DNA from: Chrysomallon squamiferum
Lineage: Eukaryota > Animalia > Mollusca
DNA length: 64,000 nucleotides
Reading direction: 5' to 3'
Assembly (NCBI GenBank): GCA_012295275.1
Contig: CM022665.1
Coordinates: 27,838,001 to 27,902,000 of the forward strand
Below the pieces are notes generated by a model. The model was not told the origin of the DNA, did no database searches, and was given only the letters and a program-made list of their open reading frames with translations. Of this stretch, positions 56,150-64,000 are shown one piece after another (position 1 is the stretch's first letter; each line of letters starts with the position of its first letter). The position numbers and the translations under genes were made by a program.

Positions 56150-57098
56150 TCAACAAGTTTGTTTTCGTAACGTTCGCTCTTGTTCGTGATCTCGTACAAA
56201 TTTTTGTTTCACTCCAGCGTCGCGTGCATTGTGGTACTGGGAATCGAACGCGGAGGAAAGGGGACGCACTTCGTTGAATGAACGTTGAAAGGAAACTTCG
56301 CTGTGCGATGCCGACATGCAATACCCACTGTCCTGCTGAGAAACGGCTGCCGAAGAATCCGAGAAAAGATTTGTCTGTAACAGCTTTGAACCGATTTCTG
56401 AGTATCTCTGCTGTGGAAGGTTCAACGAGCCATCAATGTTACTCGATTGTAGAAGTTCATTGAGAAGTTCTTCCAGTTCGCCCGTACCAACCAAAGTAGC
56501 CAAGAGATCAAAGGATTCTGTAATAAAAGTAACGGATTTAAAACATAAGTTAAAAAGCTATGACTTAAGAACATCTATATAGAGCCTTTAAGAAACAAAA
56601 AGAAAAGAAAAAGAAAGAAAGATTAGAAAATAAAAAGAAGAAGAAGGTATGCTATGTGAAATTTTGTACAAATATTTTAGAAAATAAAGCAAATTATTTC
56701 AACCAGGAGCCTGTCAGATTTATACAGACTAGGGCCTCACCGGACACTGAACAATGCACAAATTGAAGATATATACAAAATCGGTATCAGTGCATGATTT
56801 ATATATATATCGTAATTTCTACATATTTTAAACAAATAATTAAAAATAATGTTTTTGAAATTTTACCATTGAAATTGTACAGATGGTCTGAATTGGCTTT
56901 CTCCGACAGATTCTCGTTCTCGACGTTGTAATAGGAGTTGGACGTCGGCGTGGTCCACGTCTTGGACTGTGCTATGAGTAAAGCTGGCTGTGAGTTAGAA
57001 AAGGTATCGTCGATGCCTGGAAAAAGAGATCGATCCAGATTGTACTGCATGTTGGTGTCTATGAAGAGTGGTTCCGTAACTGATCGAGAGTGAGACAT
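56150..57098 (-). CDS. Unrecognised two-exon gene encoding a 199-aa Ser-rich protein
   Basis: Exon 57098-56867 (232 nt, donor GTAAAA) and exon 56517-56150 (368 nt, acceptor ttttattacAG) join in frame as ...HLYNFN-E-SFDLLATLVG... Both are GC-richer than their flanks, and an in-frame stop lies just upstream of the ATG. Confidence 0.65.
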
Positions 57099-57982
57099 TC
57101 CTAGCAGACTTCTTCTGAGTTAATACCAGTATACTGCAAAATGTGGTTATTTTATAGCGTTCACCTGGGTAAATGGGATGGTCACTTGAATACATTAGTC
57201 TGTTTGGTGGGCGCGGCATTAAAAACGTGATGAAATATCCGTTTTCTGAAAGCAAGAAAATTAAGTCTTGGTTTTTAAAAAAAAGTGTTTTTATTGACTG
57301 ACTGCTGTGTTTTAGTTCTGGGCGTATTTTACATATATTTCATTTACTAAATTGCGAATCCAACATCAAATGGCGACTTTGATTTGTTGTCAGCAGTTTT
57401 AGATATGTCACTTGGCTGTAGTGGAAAATTTATGTTTTTACATGAATAATAATAATTTTACAAAAAAATAAAAATTAAAAAATGACAGAGATCTTTCAAG
57501 AAAATTCCGTTATGCGTACGAAGTAACTTCAATTTTTATCATATATGTTTATAAACAACTGCCTTTCATGGATGTATTACATATGTTCTAAGAATATTTT
57601 TCGAAACGATATTCTAAAATTTACCTTTGGTGATACGAATAAAATGCCTAAAAATATTCTAAATATATTCAAGTTATATTTCTCTCTTTTTTCCTCTATT
57701 TTTATTTATTTCTTTATTTTATTTTATTTTATTTATTTTTATTTTTGTTGTATGTTTGGTTTCGGTTGTGTTTTCATCGAATTATAATAATGTATGATAA
57801 AGGTACTGTTCAAAAATATATGAGCGCCGCCATTCTTCTGTAGTCGTAGGAAACTAAAGGGATTTTTAGTGCTGCCAGTGAGCCATATATATATATATAT
57901 TAACAACCAGAGACTTCGCTGAATCTTAATACGCACCTCTAACGATAAATGATATATAATAAATGATAATAATATATATATA

Positions 57983-58027
<45 letters not shown>

Positions 58028-58628
58028 AATAAAATAACTGCTTAAATATAACTAATTTTGTTATATCATTTATCGTCAGAGGTGCGTATTGAGATTCAGC
58101 GAAGTGTCTGGTTGTTACAGCAACAGCGATCACGTTGCATGGTATCGTCGGGCACATTGAACTTGGTTAAACTGAGATAAAATAAACAAACTGCAAGAAC
58201 TATGACGGTCGTGCTCTTTTGCATACTTCCGTAAACGTCAATGTTAGCAGTGAATATTTCAAAATATTTTTAATAGTTTACAATCTGCGCACTAAAGAAC
58301 TTCCATTTTCTATTACATATGACTTACGATTTTGAACCATCCACAAGTGAAAGGTAAAATCAATAAATAACGATTACTTAAAGACGTTAGAGGTTACAGA
58401 ATTAAAATGTTTTAATATATGAAACATGAATATATTTAAAGTTATATTTTGGAAATTTTGTATTGTTATTTTCAAAAATTATATATATTAAAAATTTCAG
58501 CAAATTTATATTTTGATAATGACGAAGCTCTCCCATTCTGAACAGCTGCTAAATAATTTATTTGATGAGTTTTATTATATATACTTTAATATTATATTTA
58601 TTATCATTATTACTATTATTATTATTAT

Positions 58629-58668
<40 letters not shown>

Positions 58669-59353
58669 TATAGTAGTAGTAGTAGTATCATCTAAATCAT
58701 CGTAAGACAAATATGACGTCAAATAAAAACAAAAATACGTAATAAAAGATGTAGTACTGTTTAATTTCTGGCATGAACTAACTGAAAAATACATGTGTTG
58801 TTTTCAGCTACTATAAGCCTTTGGATGCATACTGTTCCAAATTTAAACAAAAATGATCAAACTTCTGAAAAAATAAGAGAGTAAAATAAAATATATTCCA
58901 TTAATTTGAGAACTATTTTCTGAAGGCGTATTAATAAATTATTTCCAATACTGTAATTGTACCAGTCGTTTTCGTGTCTTTAATGTACATACAACAGAAA
59001 ATGCCGTTGGGGAAGAAAAGGTATGAAAATAATTAGTAAAAGGTAGGAATATATTTAGTACAAGCATTAAATTTGCCTCTCTATTTTTCCCCTTTTTTTA
59101 TTTTTAACCAGTAACAAGATTAATATTAGTTTGTTTATAATGGAAGAAACAGGAAATATTAAAGTAGGTAATATAAGATCTGTCTGAAAATATTTGTAAC
59201 TTTCAAAAAATAAAAATAATAATAATAATAAAAAATAAAAAATAAAAAATAAAAATAATAATAATAATAATAAATAAAATATTAAAATATATACGCATGT
59301 TAATATATATATATATAAATAATAATAATAATAATAATAATAACAACAACAAC

Positions 59354-59395
<42 letters not shown>

Positions 59396-59475
59396 TAATA
59401 AATAAATAAATAAATAATAGCAATTTAAATGAATTTATTACTCTTATCAGTCTCCGTTTTATTTTCAGACTCAGT

Positions 59476-60181
59476 ATGAGAATTATCTTTCTTTTCCTGA
59501 TATTTGCATTTGCTGCCAAAGTCTCTGCTTTCAGAGGTAAACAATCGATGTTTTAATAAAGTTTTTAATTATTTATGTGCATATCTGGACAGGCAGACAA
59601 TTCGTTTTCACCCTGTAACAATATAATTAATATCCATATCAATACTGAACCCTTTGTTTACTGATAATAGCGATAAATGGTGGTGGTGATAGTAATAGTA
59701 GTCGTAATTGTAGTCGTAATAGTAGTAGTAGTATTGGTGGTGGTAGTGGTTGTAATAGACGTAGTAGAAGTAGCAGTAGTAGTAGCAGCAGCAGCAATAA
59801 CATTATTTTCCCCAGTGACTAATCTATTCACTTATTATTATAACTGTTATTGTAACTGTTGCTGCTGTTTCTCACAATAGATCTTTTATTTCAGACTTGC
59901 GCTGTAACGAACCGATCAATCAAGGCACAGTGTGTCCTCCGCCCACCCAGAACGAAGCGCCAGATGATGAAGGCGATGAGGATGATGATGAAGAAAACGA
60001 TGATATTAATGGTCTCATTGTGAATGATGAGGACGAGGAAGACATCGTTCTCAAGTGGTTTTACGACACCAAGCAGGACAAGTGCAAAAAGCTGAAATAT
60101 TTAGGATGTGGAGGAAACGGCAACAGGTTTCCATCAAAAGCTGAATGTATTGAATTGTGTTATCAAATCAAGATCATCTGA
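59476..60181 (+). CDS. Kunitz gene 28, very long acidic insert
   Basis: Exon 59476-59536 (MRIIFLFLIFAFAAKVSAFR) and exon 59895-60181 (LRCNEPINQGTVCPPPTQNEAPDDEGDEDDDEENDDINGLIVNDEDEEDIVLKWFY...CIELCYQIKII*). Confidence 0.9.
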
Positions 60182-60351
60182 TTAACTCGCACATTAGAGA
60201 TTAAAATGCTCATATAAAGAAAGCAATGGGTTGTTGTTGTTTTTTTTTGTTTTTTTTTAGTGTTTGTTTTTTTTATTTATTTATTATATACAAATATATA
60301 TTCATATATACATATATGTATGTGTGTGTTTCATACACATTCTTATTTTTG

Positions 60352-60401
<50 letters not shown>

Positions 60402-60908
60402 TAATAATAATAATTTAAAAAGTAAAGTAAGTCAGAGCGGATCCTTTAGAAGTTTTCAAAATATTCAGATGTATTCAGATGTGACGCGTTAGTTATCTAT
60501 AATATTAGCAGTAGTAGTGGTAGTAGTAATAGTAGTAGTAGTCGTAGTAGCAGTCGTAAAAATAGTGGAAGCAGTAGTTATAGCAGAAGAAGATTTATTG
60601 TTGTAGTAACAGTAGCACCATCAGTAGTAGTAGCCGTAGTATAAGTAGTAGTAGTAGTAGTAGTTATAGGAGTAACAAATTTAGTGGTAGTAGTGGTGGT
60701 GTAATAGTAGTTGTAGTTGTTATTGCTGTGTGGTGATGGTGATAGCCTAAAGATGAATCTGCGAACTAAGAAAAAACCACTGGCAATATAATAAGCCAGT
60801 TCTATTACTATATTGAAATATTTCCACAAGCCGCCATTATACACGAGAATCAAGACTAGTGTACATTTAACCAAGATTTTATTTTATTTTATTTTATTTT
60901 ATTCAATT

Positions 60909-60947
<39 letters not shown>

Positions 60948-61871
60948 TTTTCTTACTTACTTTATTTTATTTTATTTTTATGTTTTATTTTTAAATTATC
61001 ATCATTATCACCATCATCATCATTATTATTATTATTATTATTTAACAGGGTAGGGAATGGTAAGCAATGGTAAACATAGACAAGACTTCAACGAAAAAAA
61101 AAAAAAGTAATTTCTGATATTGCGAGTTAAAATAATAATATTAAAAAATAAAATAAATAAAAACTGCCAAGGTAGCTAAATTTAGCTTTTCGTGACGTCA
61201 CAAATAAAATACGATAACAAAAGAATTCGGTATGTTTTATTCTTTTCATTTATATCTCCAAAAGCACATGTTTAATTCAGTAATATCAGGGCAGTAACAG
61301 TAAGTGGGTTTTTACATGAATATTTTATCCGTAGTATATTATTATTATTATTATTACACAATTTATATAATCTCGTTCTTCTCTATGTATTTACTTATTT
61401 ACTTGCCTGTTTTCGAAAACTAAAGGATTAATTATTGAAATGAAAGAGAAAAAAAGAGATAAAAAGAAAAGCGAGGCCTAATCGTTTTCCATCCAATACC
61501 CGTAAGAGTTTGTACAATTACGACCAATAATTATTTGACTGAAATTCCCACTTAACCCGCTTTCAGTAAATAAGACACTTTATCTAACCTTTGCAATTAT
61601 TCTCCTATTTCGTACTGTCCAGGAAATTGCTACGTATTAAGTATGAGTTGAAAATACACACACACATACTCATAGGTACGCTTTTACACGGTTACGTTTT
61701 TCACTAAGAAACTTAATTTCTGTGCCTTTGCTGTGTTAGCTCAGTGGGACACAAAGAAGGACTGACCTGTCATCTTACCAGCTGCGCGCTGTATACCAGA
61801 CTGAAGTCTTGTAATTACATTACTGGGTGTTATTATTCTTACGCAAAACTATTTAATATTTTAGGGCTGTG

Positions 61872-62649
61872 ATGAAGAAGTTGATTTTCATTTTGCTGTT
61901 TTTCTTTGTTTCCGTAGACTCCAAATATAACCATGGTAAGTAAAGTTTAGTAGTCGTTATAAACTGTTGTTGTTTCTGTTTAAAATAATCAGAAGAAAAA
62001 ATATGTAATTTATAACAGTATCTTGAATCAGTAATTTTATCACAAACAAAACGTTTTTCACTCTCTCTTCCTCTCAAACGACACAAACACACACACATAT
62101 GTATTAAGAATAATAATAGTGATTACGGTGTTGGTGATGACGATGACGATAATGATGGTGATAGAGTTAGTATATATTTTTACTATAATCCTTTTTATTT
62201 CTTTTTACTTTTTCATTTTTATTTCTTTTTTATTTTATTTTATTTTTAAATTTGTATGAATTTGAACAATGAAACTCAGCTGTATCGACATACATAACAC
62301 ACTGCACATAAATATATTTGAATTTAAATATCCATAATTTTACTTAAACAACATTAATACAACTATTTTGCCAATGTTTGCAAATATTTCTTAAAGTAAA
62401 TAGATTTTACAGATATTTCAAACATTTTCAGATCACGCGTTTTTGTTTGCAGAAAAACTTAAGTTCTGTGCCGAGCCGATAAACCTGGGTTTCTGTAATG
62501 ATACTGACTTTAGCGAAGATTTCTCTGTTACAAACTGGTTCTACGACGCCAAAAAAGATGTGTGTAAACTGTTGCCGTATTTCGGTTGTGGAGGAAACAG
62601 CAACAGATTTGTGAAAAAATCAGAGTGTGTTAAATTTTGTGTGAATTAA
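61872..62649 (+). CDS. Kunitz gene 29
   Basis: Exon 61872-61935 (MKKLIFILLFFFVSVDSKYNH) and exon 62453-62649 (KLKFCAEPINLGFCNDTDFSEDFSVTNWFY...CVKFCVN*). Confidence 0.89.
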
Positions 62650-62907
62650 AACTGTGTATTAAAACGTCAGTATATGTGTAATTTTGTTGCATTATCATCA
62701 TCATCATCATCACGATGTTCATCATTATTATAATTATTAGCACAATCAGAGGAAAAGTAAATTACAAAGAATTCTATCAAACTGGTGCTCTGTGTCTATA
62801 TGAAATGTTGTCAGCATAATTATTTTTAATTTGTATTTCAACTATTTACGGAAAATATAAAGTCCTATCAGTTTTGTGTATTGATTAAAAAAAAATAATA
62901 ATAATAA

Positions 62908-62974
<67 letters not shown>

Positions 62975-62995
62975 AATAAATAAATAAATAAACAA

Positions 62996-63026
<31 letters not shown>

Positions 63027-63039
63027 GCAATTCCAGTTC

Positions 63040-63330
63040 AAGGGAGGTAACGTATCATAATCTGATGACGTAATTACTATGTGTACAGAATGTCAGAAGT
63101 AAAGTATTTTTTATATCAGAGATTGCTGTTACTAAAATGTTGGTGTATTTGAATTAAGATAATTTCTTCAAAATGCATTATCAATTTAGAGTAATAACAT
63201 AAAACTCTCAGAACTATTTCTCAGTTACGTATTAATATTTGATGATGAAATGTGCCTTGTGTTAGATATATTCATGCACATAAATTTCACTATAGAACAT
63301 ATTTTATGAAGATTTTCTTGGAGGTAAATG
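63040..63330 (+). promoter_or_regulatory. Possible upstream module of a further array member
   Basis: TGACGTAA at 63066, GAACTATTT at 63211 and a donor-like GAG|GTAAAT near 63323; no signal exon inside the window. Confidence 0.35.
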
Positions 63331-64000
63331 AAATGTAATACAGCAAGTGATAATATATTTTGCATATATTTTACTATTTATATGATACATTAATGAGCGA
63401 AACAGGAAGACAGAGGAATTAACTACACAGTCTGGGTAAGAAAATAAGATCATGGCGACATGTATGTATTTTTTTATAACAGAATAAGTAACTCATCATG
63501 ATTTGTAAAACATATTTTTAGTTAACGATATTGTAAAAGATAACGTAAGTTACTCTTACCAATCACTATTTGATTAAATATACTAATTAATATAAACGAG
63601 TGACTCTATATTAGGACAATATACATTTCTGTAATCATTTTGAAAATACAGTTTTAAATTCATAAAATCTTTTATCGCGCACTACATTGTGTCAGACCTG
63701 AAAATTCTGCACCCTACTCCATACGTGCATACAGCTTTATATTTAAAAACTGAAGAGGATAAAACAAAGCGTAGATAACTTGTAAAATCGGTTTCCTAAA
63801 CAACAAATCTCTACAACAGTAACTTTTACTTCTACAGTAACCCAGTACTATCTGTATCAATACTACTGTTACTACTATGTCTACAATAACTAATAATAAT
63901 ATTATTTCTACTGTTGTTACTGTTATTACTATTAGCATTACTACTTTCATAATAATATTACTACGACAATAATCACCACCACCACCACCACCACCAACAA

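Noticed and set aside
58330-58560. Donor and acceptor pair resembling another Kunitz leader
   Set aside because: No hydrophobic signal peptide or Kunitz exon follows.

Overview
AT-rich animal genomic DNA full of microsatellites, probably molluscan (inferred only from a decayed SINE; the species cannot be determined). It is dominated by a tandem array of 29 small secreted Kunitz/BPTI-fold genes with 31 Kunitz exons: 28 genes on +, one inverted, and gene 1 cut by the window edge. The repeated unit is a T(T/G)ACGTCA promoter motif, a usually non-coding exon, a 17-22 codon signal-peptide exon, a phase-1 intron and one Kunitz exon with a stop. Several Kunitz exons are missing from the ORF track and were translated by hand. 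Every domain is atypical: CysI-CysII spacing is usually 9 rather than 8, the residue after CysII (P1 in BPTI) is never Lys/Arg and is Pro in 20 of 31, and a hypervariable, mostly acidic insert lengthens CysII-CysIII from 15 to about 20-49 residues. The array also shows a probable two-domain gene, a gene with two alternative terminal exons and a relocated start codon, a five-cysteine variant, two frameshifted copies and a Sola2-like transposon in an intron. A Kunitz-free gap of about 11 kb holds an unrecognised two-exon, 199-aa gene on the minus strand. All gene models come from reading the sequence and are not confirmed by transcripts.
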